Positions 52,301 to 62,869 of a DNA stretch of 64,000 nucleotides are shown piece by piece. Positions within the stretch are counted from its first letter, which is position 1; each line of letters begins with the position of its first letter. This DNA comes from Ginglymostoma cirratum (Eukaryota). Location of the stretch: positions 1 to 64,000 of the forward strand of contig JAHRHZ010000107.1 of NCBI GenBank assembly GCA_024137785.1, written 5' to 3'. Made by a program: the position numbers and the translations under genes. Below the pieces are notes generated by a model. The model was given only the letters and a program-made list of their open reading frames with translations, was not told the origin of the DNA and ran no database searches.

Positions 52301-54094
52301 TATTGACGTTGTTGTTCGTGACAGCAACCTGAAGCCAGTGAGGTGGATTTGAAACAGAAGCAAGATAATTCTATTCATTTTACTGATCGATCCCAAGAGT
52401 CGCATAATCGTGTTTACACATCCTCCTCTGAAGTAAATCTAATGATTAGACAACCTTTAATTATAAAACCTGATCTGTGCCTCTGTCATATTTCGCATAC
52501 TGATAGTGGATCTGGAGCCAGGATTCAGACATTTCAATTTCACTAGTACACGACCTGTTACAAGGATCAACGAACCAAGATTTTTCTGATGTTCTCTCCT
52601 GCACGAGTTGTTTGAAGAAAGGTGATTGCCCCAATCCTTCCTTGTACTACCCCCTGCTTTTGAATGAACTGAACAGTCGCAAGAGTCTGAACATTAATAA
52701 ATTACCATTAATCTAGTTTTTAAACAAGCTTTTATTCTCTACCATATTTGCATGTTACACCTTCAGCACCTACGGGTACAGAATGACTTGGGACAGATCA
52801 CGCTCGGGAATCATACACGAGATCAACACACCTTTGCAAGGAAGTAGATGGGTTTCTTCAAATACGTACAACTGCTTGTACCAAATTTTACAATTTCTGC
52901 TGGAGAAAAAGCATGTTGATCTGAAAAGGGCGCAATTGTACTCAAGACCAAATTATTCCAGGCTTTCCAGCATCTGTGGAGCATGAACATATTCGTGTTT
53001 TCTGCAATTTTCTTTCAATGTTATTCGATAAACTACACAAAATGTTCGTGTTTTCTTATTCACATGAAGATATCACTTAATTTATCCTGTAACAGTCAAG
53101 TTGTCAAATTAGATTATCATTTAAAAAATATTATACTTCATTTTATCTGAACTTGGACTGGGGTCCATTTCTTTCCTCTTTGAAGAACACCTGTCACAAG
53201 CAGAAATCTGATTCACATTCCTGGGGAGGCCCACTCATTTGTTAAACCTTGCAATAGACTTCTCAACGGTACTAGATCCTTAATATTATACTTTCAGTTA
53301 ACTCCCACTTTCTAGTTTCTACGGATGACTCAGATGGGAAATGTTTCAGGAATATTGTCCTTGGGATAAGCACATCTGCTGACGAAGATAGATTGAAGTA
53401 GTTGCGCAATTATGCTTAAGCAAGTTAAGGATTCATTGCCTGTCTTCTCACATTACCGAAGGTTGGATAGAGTAGACGAGGAGAAGCTGTTCCCTTTACT
53501 GAAGGGCCAAGAATCACTGGTTATAATTAAAGGTTATTGTGAAAATAATAATTAATGGCTTCATGAAAAAAATGAGAATGATTAGACTCTGGGATGCATG
53601 GTCTGAGGGTTTCATGTAAGCAGAATTATTCATGGCTTTCATTGCAGAATGGATAATCATCAGAAGAGACAACATTTGCAGTGAGATTTGAAGAATACAG
53701 TGGAGTGCAACGGGCTGAACTGCAGGGATAGAGAGCCTGCATGATTAAAACTGGACCAGTGCTGTATTTTGCATATTAGATGTGGTCTTACCAATGCCCT
53801 GTATTACTAAAACATAACCTCTCTACTCTTGCATTCAATCTCCGTCACTATAAAAGATAACTTTTATTTAACTTTCCTGATTACTGCCGGTATCTGGCGA
53901 CCAACTTTCTGCAGGTCATGCACTACGACACCAAGATCTATCTGCATGTCAGAACTCTGTAGCTTTGCGCCACTCAGATAATATGTTTTAATATCAATAA
54001 ATGCATCTTAAACATTGTCCTGAAAAATAATGGCTCACGGCATGGTGTTAGCTCATTATTTGTAGAGGAGCTCCACAGTGATCATTGTTCCCCT

Positions 54095-54345
54095 TTATTC
54101 ATTCACGGGATGTGAATCCCGTGATCATCGCTGATCAGACAGCATTTATTGCCCAAACTGAATTGCCCAGAGTCAATCACTTTGCTGTTGGTCTGGAGTC
54201 ATCTGTAGGCGAGACCAAGGAAGGAGGCAGTTTTCTTTCGTAAAGGGAATTGGCGAACCAGATGGGATTTTTTTTTCCAACAAGGACATTTGATTTTTAA
54301 TTCCAGGTATTTTATTCAATTCAAATTCCACCACCTGCCTTACTC
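54095..54345 (-). mobile_element. tRNA SINE, same family as 14026-14375
   Basis: Reverse complement of the core gaaaactgcc..cttggtc..tacagatgactccagacc and tail gggcaataaatgctg. Confidence 0.6.
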
Positions 54346-54429
54346 TGAATGTTTTCAATTCCAGTGCCTTAAAGTTAGTAGATAAGAATCTCTTTATGAT
54401 CTCACTGATTCTTCAAATTATTGACGTCA

Positions 54430-56572
54430 TTCCATACGAGTTAAAATACAGAAGAGAGATAGAGGGCTTGGTGAAGTGGTGCCGTGAAAATAATTTGCCC
54501 GTAACCATTGGCAAGACGAAAGAATTGATATTTGACTTCAAAAAGAAAGGAGGAGAACATGCCCCCATCTACACCAACAGAACTGAGGTTGGGAGAGTGC
54601 AGAGCATCAAGTTCCTCAGGGTGACGATAACCAACGACCTGTCCTGGACTTCCCACGTAAATGTGACAGTCAAGAAGGCAAAACAACGCCTCTTCTTCCA
54701 CAAGCGGCTCAGGAAATTTGGCAGGTCCATGAGATCCCTCACAAACTCCACAGATGCACCATTGAAAGCATACTCTTCGGGCGCATAATGGCCTGGTTTA
54801 ATAACTGCTCTGCCCAGGACAGTAAGAAACCATAGAAGGTGCTGGGAACAGCTCAGACCATCATGGAAAGCAACCTTCCATTCATGGACTCTATGTACAT
54901 GGTTCGCTGCCTCAGAAAGGTGGCCAATATCATCAAAGACCCATCACACCCTGACAATGACCTCCTACAACCTCTTCCGTCTGGCAGAAGATACAGAAGC
55001 TTGAAAACAGGCAGAAGAAGGTTCACGAACGACTCTTTTCCGGCCATTAGGAAGAAATAGAAAGGCATCTGGATACAAACTCTCCCATTGGGAACACCCA
55101 GCATGTGTTCACGAAGGGTAGGTCATGTTTAACTGATTTGGTGGAATTGTTTGAGGACATTACTTGGATGGTGGACAATGGGGAACCTGCGGATGTGGCG
55201 TATCTGGATGTCCAGAAGGCATTTGACAAGATGCCACACCAAAGTCTGCGACATAAGATAAATTTGCACAGTATTACAGGTAATTTAATGACATGTACAG
55301 AGGATTGGTTGACTCGTAGAAAGCAAAGCGTAAGGGTAAATGGATGTTTTTCTGTTTGGCGTCACTGGCTAGTGGTGTGCCTCAGAGATCAGTGTTGGGA
55401 CGAAACTCTTTACAATTTATGCAGATGATATGGAGTTGGGGACTAAGCGTGGTGTGTCAAAATTTGCAGATGACACTAAGATGAGTGGTAGAGCAAAGTG
55501 TGCAGAAAACACTGAAAGTCTACAGAGGGATATAGATAGTCGAAGTGAGTGGGAAAACGTCTGGCAGATGGAGTACAATGTTGATCAGTGTGAGGTCATC
55601 CATTCTGGGAGGAATAACAACAAATGGTCTATGCTTTAAATGGCAAATAAATGCTGCACTCTGCTGTGTCGAGCGACTTGGGTGTCCTTGTGCATGAATC
55701 GCTAAAAGTAGGATTGCAGGTTCAGCATGGAATTTAAAAGGCAAATAGAATTTGTCTGTCATTGCTAGCGGGATGGAATTCAAAAACAGGGAGGCTCTGC
55801 TGCCGTTGTGTATGATCCTGGTGAGGCCACACCTGGAGTACTGTGAGCAGGTTTGTTCTCCTTACTTGAGAAGGGATACACTAGCACTGGAGGGGGTGCA
55901 GAGGAGATTCGCTCGGTTGATTCCAGAGTTGAGAGGGTTGGATTATGAGGAGAGACTGAGTAGGCTGAGATTATACACATTGGAATTCATAAGAATGAGG
56001 GGAGATCTTCTCGAAACATAGAAGATGATGAAGGGAATAGATAAGGTGGAGGCAGGGAGGTTGTTTCCACTGGAAGGTGAAACTAGGACGATGTGGAATA
56101 GCCTCAAAATAACGGGAAGCAGATGTAGGACTGAGGTCAGGAGGAACGTCTTCCCCCAAAGGGTTGTGAATCTATGGAATTCCCTGCCCAATGAAGCGGT
56201 TGAAGCTACCTCGTTGAATGTGTTTCAGGCAATGCGAGATAAATTTTTGATCAGTAAAAGAATTAAGGGTTATTGTGTGAGGGCGGGTCAGTGGAGCTGA
56301 GTCTCAAAATGATCAGCCATGATCTGATTGAATGGTGGAGCAGTCTCGAAGGGCCATATGGCCTACTCCTGCTCCGAATTCTTACGTTCCTACGTTCTTA
56401 TATCATTAGACTGTTGAATGCACTCTGGAGGAAATAATGTAACCTGTATGTTTCGAAATCATTTCGATCTGTACATCCTTTGCTTGCTGTGATCTACGTG
56501 CACTGCTCGTACACAAAGATTTTCAATGTATTTCCGTACACAGTGAAAACAAAATCAGTCAATCAATCAACA
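54430..56572 (+). mobile_element. Rex1/Babar-clade LINE 3' part, split by a CR1 insertion
   Basis: KTKELIFDFKK..IKFLRVTITNDLSWTSHV..KKAKQRLFF..LRKFG..IIKDPSHP..LPSGRRYR (Rex1/Babar C-terminus). Resumes at 56404 and ends in (caat)n. Confidence 0.75.
55051..56403 (+). mobile_element. CR1 LINE RT plus 3' end, nested in Rex1 (TSD CATTAG)
   Basis: SCLTDL..YLDVQKAFDK, SKFADDTK, VRPHLEYC peptides; CATTAG at 55045-55050 and 56404-56409. Confidence 0.9.
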
Positions 56573-56668
56573 TTTTGTATCATAAAAAAATCGATCAGGG
56601 AAATGAAATCAAGGAAGCCACTTGCCTGTCAGTACATGATCATTATTTGGAAGCCACTGGACTCACGA

Positions 56669-57022
56669 GGGTGGCATAGGGTGATACAATGGTTAGTACC
56701 CGACCTCACGATACCAGGGGGCCGGGTTCAAACCGAGCATCAGGCGACTGTCTTTGTGGAGTTCACTTGTATCAACGTGGGTTTCCTCTGGGTGCTCTGG
56801 TTTCCTCCCACAGTCCAAAGATTTATAAGTTAGGCCGATTGACTATGCTGAATTGCCCAAAGTATCCAGGGAAGTGCAGGCAAGATGGATTAGCTATGGG
56901 AAATGCAGGGTGACAGGAATGGAATGGGGCGGTGGATCACCGTGGGATGCTCTTCAGGCAGTCAGTATGGACTCTATGTTCTGATTGAAATGACCTGCTT
57001 CCGCATTTCAGAGATTCTCTTA
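56669..57022 (+). mobile_element. HE1-type tRNA-derived SINE
   Basis: tggttagtacc..cctcac..gggttcaaacc..gactgtctttgtggagtt..cctcccacagtccaaaga. Confidence 0.8.
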
Positions 57023-57819
57023 TTGAGTGACTGAAGGCCAAACATCAACAGAGCTGTGTTCATGATTTGTCATGTCAGACCATCGAGTTTCCCTTTGAAG
57101 TAGGTGGTTATGTACCAGAATGTCTATTGAAGTTACCCGTAATAACTTTCAAAAGGATTCCCCAAGGTTCCACATCTAAGATGATCACAATAATTCAGAA
57201 TGCACAAGGTTGGAGTGAGTCTTTGAACAGAAGTTGGAATTTGTATCAGGTGCGAAAAATAGTGTTTTGTTAATTGACAGGAAAAAATGATATGGAGCAA
57301 AGATTATAGAATTACTTCTCTATATGCTCAAATGACACTATAAATCGGAATATAAAATGGGAAAGATGGCACCTCAAAGGTCGAAGGTACAGAAACAAGC
57401 TTTGAATGAGCAGAACCAAATTTTCAAATTGAGAAAACGTGAAGCTATTGAGTGTTCTTTTGTTCAAGATGTCTGCTGTTATTGTTCTTCTTGGTATTAG
57501 AAGTCACATGTTTTCAAGACCCTGGCGAATGAATCTTGAAGAGTTGGTGCAGTGAATTTTGTCGATAAAAAAATGCCTTTGCCACAATGGTTCGTTGTTC
57601 ATGGAGTAAGTATTATTGGAGGTTGTGCAATTATTGGTCAGACTTGTCTTGGATAGTGTCGAACCCCTCGAGTGGGTGGAGCTGCTTTCGTCCAGTCAAT
57701 TGATGCTTCTTGAAGTTTGCCTTGCAGAAAGTGGTAACCTGGAGGAGTTATTGATTACAGAATTACGAGCATCCGATCTGTTCTTTTAGTCAGAGTATTC
57801 ACATGGATCACTAAATTAG

Positions 57820-58690
57820 GCAGAGGCATCGGGTCATAGAAGCATTCAGCGTGGAAACAGACCCTTCAGTCAAAGTCCTCTGCACCGACCAGGCATCCCA
57901 ATCTGACCTAGTCCCATTTGTAAGCATTTGGCCCACATCCCTCTGAACCATTCCCATTCATATATCCAACCAGATGCGTTTTTCATTTTGCAATTGTACC
58001 AGCCTCCACGACTTTTCCTAACAGCTCGTTCCATACGCACACCACCTTCTGTGTAAAGAAGTTACCCCTGAGCTCTTTTATTTTAATTCTTTCCCCTCTA
58101 ACCTTAAACCGATTCCCGCTAGTTTTGGGATCACCCACCCGAGGAAAAACACCTGCGCTATTCACCATCCGTGCCCCTCATGATTTTATACACCTCGAAA
58201 AGGTCACCACCAAACCTCCGATAGTCTCGGAAAAAACATAAGCCCCAGCCTATTAAGCCTCTGTACATAACTCAAACCCTTCGGTTCCGGCAACATCTTT
58301 ATAAATCTAATCTGCACCGTCTCTAGTTTAAGAAAAGGGAGAACAGAATTTTATTTTAAAAGCGGCTGAATGAATGTCCCATTTGACGCAACATGACGCC
58401 CCAGCTCCTGTCCTCAATTTACTGACCAACGGAGGAAGTCATGTCAAGTGCCTTCTTCACCACTCTGTCTACCTATGATTCCACTTTCACCGAACTCTGC
58501 CTCTGCACCCTTAGGTCTTTTTGTTCAACAACACTCCCCACGCCCCTACCATTAAAGTCCTGCCCTGATATGCCTTTCCAAAATTCATCACCTCAGATTT
58601 ATCACTCCTTGACACATTAGCTCACATGATCAAGATCCCGCTAGACTCTTAGATAATCTTCCACATTGCCCACGAGACCACCAACTTTCA
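57820..58690 (-). mobile_element. CR1 3' fragment; last TE before the IgNAR promoter
   Basis: GNRFKVRGERI..LRGNFFTQKVVCVWNEL peptide. Confidence 0.82.
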
Positions 58691-59914
58691 GAAGACTACA
58701 GCTGATTACATAATGATAATATGACAAGTTACGTTCCCAAAATTTTCCCCAATCTAAAAATATTTTGCCAACCAATTTCATCTCTCAGTTCTGGACACAG
58801 AATTGTGTTCTTGTTCATTGAACTGGAAACAAGCTGATCAAATGATTCTCGTACACAATTCAGTAAATCATCACCAAGAACAGAACATGCAATGATACTC
58901 GAAATTTTGCATTAAAAGACAAATAGATTAACCTTGAAATGCTCAACAGCCTTCGCAGCATCTCAGTAGACCAAAAGTAAGTTAAAATGTCATGTCATGA
59001 GCATTAATCGGAGCACTTCTGAGGAAATATCACAGCATGAAACTTTCCCACTGTGAAATGTTTCCAAAGCTTCACGACCCTGTCTACAAAGGTTTGTCTT
59101 CTGCCCCTCTGCTAAAGATTTTACATTTACACGTGTATAAACTGTTTCTGTTTCCATCTTCTTCAACTTCTCTTTGCAAAGAGGTCCCACCTATTCAGAA
59201 TTTCAAACAAGTCTGTTATGTGAGCCAATAATGACAGTTTTTCGAATAGAGAACAGCTCAAATTTAATATGCTCATCAAATCGCGATTTGTACAGAGAAG
59301 TCGACATTCTCGTGAATCTCTGGTGCAAGCTCTGAAATCACAATCTTCAAACTCTTGGCTGGAATCGAATACTGAACTCTTGAAATATGTTTTTGGTCTT
59401 CAGGACCTCTTGTGATTTGTAATTTGTACTGACTTTTATTGATTTAACAACAAGAAGAAGAACTGGAGTTTCTTTTGATTGCTTTTAGAGTTGTATCAAG
59501 CTTGAAAGCTATCGTCAAAAAAACCTTTCATATCAAAGCACCAAACCTCTGCCAATTGAAAGCATTGCCATTGCTTTTTGTTTAAAAACTGCAAAATTTC
59601 AACAAATAATATTGACTTCCATATGCTAATTGCTCCAATTTATCAGCTTTTAGGTGTGTCCGTGTCCATGAGTTCACTGTCTTAACATGATAAATGTTCC
59701 CAGAAATGAAATTAAAATATCACCAAGTTAAAACACAAGTAAATTAAACACATACAATGAAGCCTGATTGGAAGAAATGCGGCATAGTTATATGGAAGTG
59801 GTTTCTCCATTATACCAATTATCTGTTCATTCTAAATCGATGCGAATCCCCATAACGTGACTAAGTTGAGAGGACACAAAACTCAGCCCATCACAACCCT
59901 GAGCTATAATGAAC

Positions 59915-59972
59915 GTGATTGGTTTCTTGCTGCGTGCCATGCAAATAAACCCAGTCTCACAAGGTTTATAAT
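59915..59972 (+). promoter_or_regulatory. IgNAR V promoter: inverted CCAAT (GATTGG 59917-59922), octamer ATGCAAAT (59939-59946), TATA (TATAA 59967-59971)
   Basis: Perfect IgH-orientation octamer 20 bp upstream of TATA, 121 bp upstream of the leader ATG. Confidence 0.75.
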
Positions 59973-60059
59973 GTCAGTGCTCTGATACACACAGTTACAC
60001 AGAGCAAGCTGTGTTGAAATCTGGATTTTGCTGTTCATAATTCTATCGGTGCAGAAACA

Positions 60060-60102
60060 ATGAATATTTTCTTGCTTTCAGTCCTTTTAGCCTCATTACC
60101 AT
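60060..60102 (+). CDS. IgNAR: IgNAR leader exon (MNIFLLSVLLASLP, phase-1 split codon)
   Basis: ATG at 60060, hydrophobic signal peptide matching the known IgNAR leader (MNIFLLSVLLA..), donor GTAAGT at 60103. A 134-bp intron runs to the acceptor tttctctgtccAG at 60236. Confidence 0.95.
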
Positions 60103-60236
60103 GTAAGTGGTGTTTCATGTAGATATTTATTTGTTTAAACTGTGCATCTGTTTTTACGTTATTGTAATGTCCCTTTCTGAAAACTCTTCTATTGACAGAT
60201 AAATGTCATGTATTAAATGTGCATTTCTCTGTCCAG

Positions 60237-60504
60237 ATGTCTTTACTGCTCGAGTGGACCAAACACCGAAAACAATAACAAAGGAGACGGGCGAATCACT
60301 GACCATCAACTGTGTCCTACGAGATACTAGCTATGCATTGGGCAGCACGTACTGGTATCGAAAAAAATTGGGCTCAACAAACGAGGAGAGCATATCGAAA
60401 GGTGGACGATATGTTGAAACAGTTAACAGCGGATCAAAGTCCTTTTCTTTGAGAATTAATGGTCTAAAAGTTGAAGACAGTTGGACGTATCGATGCAAGG
60501 CATA
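60237..60504 (+). CDS. IgNAR: IgNAR variable (VNAR) germline V exon, type IV-like (no non-canonical Cys)
   Basis: (Y)[89 protein letters not shown]22, W36 and C83 present, with the VNAR-type CDR2 deletion. Ends at the RSS heptamer. Confidence 0.97.
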
Positions 60505-60542
60505 CACAGTAATGAGCTTGATCTTTCATCATTGCAGAATGC
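60505..60542 (+). other. V 3' RSS (22-bp spacer)
   Basis: CACAGTA - 22 bp - GCAGAATGC (nonamer 5/9 to ACAAAAACC). Confidence 0.8.
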
Positions 60543-60740
60543 CATCAAATCTCCTACTAAGTAATTCGGGCTTATTTTTTCTTTCAACGCTGAACACTGA
60601 CTTTGATTAAATCAGTTCGGATCTGTAATAGCAGGAGGCAGGTTATAAATGATTGATGCCAACATTCAGCGGAAAGATCTGGACAAGAGGTAATTGGATG
60701 TTCAGCGCTGCTATTCAATTTACCGTTATGTACGACCATT

Positions 60741-60821
60741 TATTTTTGCATTGGGATGTAACACTGTGATAACTGGGATTGACACAGCAATCGAAAATAT
60801 GACTCTGGTAATACAGAAACG
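60741..60821 (+). other. IgNAR: IgNAR D1 (60769-60782, ATAACTGGGATTGA) with 12-RSS and 23-RSS
   Basis: TATTTTTGC-12-CACTGTG | D | CACAGCA-23-ACAGAAACG. Confidence 0.92.
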
Positions 60822-61010
60822 ACCAGCATACATTGTCACCAGAATCAGAAATACCTTGATTTATGGGTTATCGGGATGGGCAGCTATTCTGTAGCTTGGA
60901 GGGCTATCAATGTTAGTTTTCTGAAAGAGCCACAAAAAGATGTACAATGGTAGGAATCTGAATTGTGGTTTGCCCCTCGACTGCAGGCTGTTGTATGAAT
61001 GAATGCGGGA

Positions 61011-61089
61011 CGTTTTTGTACTGATCTGTGTGACTGTGTTACTGTGAATACCACAACAACGAAACTTTCAGTCCCGTAATACTGAAACC
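61011..61089 (+). other. IgNAR: IgNAR D2 (61039-61051, TTACTGTGAATAC) with 12-RSS and 22-RSS
   Basis: CGTTTTTGT-12-GACTGTG | D | CACAACA-22-ACTGAAACC. One frame encodes YCEY. Confidence 0.9.
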
Positions 61090-61410
61090 TCCCAACACCT
61101 TAGAGTCCATTATTAATGCAAATTATTATTTCCATGCCAAAAACACATCATGCTTAAATGCTCCTTGCAACTGTTAAAGTCTGGCTGCTGCTGTCGAACG
61201 ATAATCATACTCCTTCAGTTGATTATTATGTGAATGCCAAAATCATATTCACATTGCAATGTTGACAATTATCATTTGCTGAGTGACCAAAAAGTATAAA
61301 CGTTGACTGGGAACACAATATAAAGGGAATGATTTGCATCATACATTCTGCATCAGTCAATCAATATCCTGGAACATCTGGATGATTTTTGGCGATATTT
61401 GCACCAATGG

Positions 61411-61478
61411 ATTTCTTGTGCTGGAGTGAAATAGTGTGATATGCTGTCGACACAGTGACACACGCCGCAGCATAAACC
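61411..61478 (+). other. IgNAR: IgNAR D3 (61439-61450, ATATGCTGTCGA) with 12-RSS on both sides
   Basis: ATTTCTTGT-12-TAGTGTG | D | CACAGTG-12-GCATAAACC. Frames read ICCR / YAV / MLS. Confidence 0.9.
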
Positions 61479-61790
61479 TTTCCCACGGTTGTCTGTTTTA
61501 CTTCTTGAAAGTAATTTCAATCATGAACTTTCTTGCTGATGGTTGCTGCTTCATCAAATTTAACATCAATTCTAGTTTGCCATTTTCTGGAATTCTCGAC
61601 ACATCCTCGGATGTAAACTCAGCATGCTGTCTTTTCCACTGTTACTCACACTCGCATTGGAAATAGGAAAAATGTGAATGAATTTATAACTGTCCATAAA
61701 TGAGGATTAGTTAATGCTATGAATGTGTAATGGAGACACTAGAGAAGACGTGTCTTTAAATGTTGATAGAATGACGGTTGCTTCACTGAC

Positions 61791-61829
61791 CCTTTTTGGG
61801 CAGCACTGATTGAGATCTGATTGACTGTG
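61791..61829 (+). other. J 5' RSS (23-bp spacer)
   Basis: CCTTTTTGG-23-GACTGTG. Confidence 0.88.
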
Positions 61830-61874
61830 ACAGCTATGAATACGGAGGTGGCACTGTCGTGACTGTAAATCCTG
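61830..61874 (+). CDS. IgNAR: IgNAR J segment (SYEYGGGTVVTVNP)
   Basis: YGGGTVVTVN FR4 motif characteristic of IgNAR; phase-1 donor G|GTAAGT at 61875. Confidence 0.96.
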
Positions 61875-62869
61875 GTAAGTGACCTCCCTCGCTACAAATC
61901 GTTATGGTTTTGCTGACAAATTAAAAAAGTCATAGTTCTCATTAAAACAGTTTGAAATGCATACCAGTGATAACTGGAAGAATTTTTTTCATGGGCTCGC
62001 TTAGGTATGTTGCCAATTTATGTGCCTTAAATTTCAAGCTTATTTTCAGATTTCGTTGGAGCATGAGTATATTGCTAAATATATCATTCGGCTGGGAACA
62101 AGCCAATATTTAAACATATAATCGACTTGGCGTGAAGAATGGAAGATGCTTATTGAAATAGATCATGGAGTTCAGCTGCTACAAAGGAAACCGACAACGA
62201 AGTTATCGTGTATTTTGGCGTGCTAGTGTTTCACAGATACACAGGGCTTTTCATTCGAACAGTTTAGGCAAGTCTGAATTTAGAAAAGCTTTACGCAAGC
62301 AGTAAAGCTTTTTTGAATTGGGGTCTGAATGAAATGCAGAGGAGATGACTCATGCAATTAAAAATTGACAAGAGCTTCGGCTGTAATATCGTTGATTTGA
62401 TGGCAAATTCCCTGAAAATGATTATAACTGTTTGAATGAGGTGGGACCGACTGTGTTTACACAATGTAATTTTAATTAATTTCCCGGGTGTCTTCAAGAG
62501 CCATGAAAATCTCATTTTATTTTTCTGCAATGTCGTGTTTTGTAGTTACAAATGCAACCTTTTTTATCTTTTTTACAAACCTGCTTAAATTGATTTTGAC
62601 TTAAACATTGATACGATTATGCTTACCAATACAGAGATGACTTTTTCAACTTGGGAAACTTTCTTGTAGACGAATATCGCAATCTTCTGCAATTGGCTGC
62701 AAAGGGCTACAATTACTGCAAAGCAAAATTGCTGAAACATGACCCAATATCAAATATGAGCTACTGCTTTCGACTTTGCCATGAAGAAAATATACAGTGA
62801 ATTTTATTGAAGATTAGATCAGTCCAGCAAGTGGTAAATGTAACTAACCCTGAGGAATAGTCTTCCATA

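Noticed and set aside
17995-56545. Isolated CACAGTG heptamers (e.g. ~17995, 35362, 44097, 48856, 54075, 56539) as orphan RSSs
   Set aside because: No credible nonamer seen at 12 or 22/23 bp, and no adjacent Ig-like coding sequence.
60203-60610. 135-aa ORF from the ORF track as the IgNAR CDS
   Set aside because: It starts inside the leader intron and reads through the RSS. The real coding parts are the spliced leader plus 60237-60504.
60060-61874. NAR-TCR, IgM/IgW VH or TCR V identity
   Set aside because: The VNAR-type CDR2 deletion, IgNAR leader, three Ds and YGGGTVVTVNP J fit IgNAR. Final proof needs the C exons outside the window.
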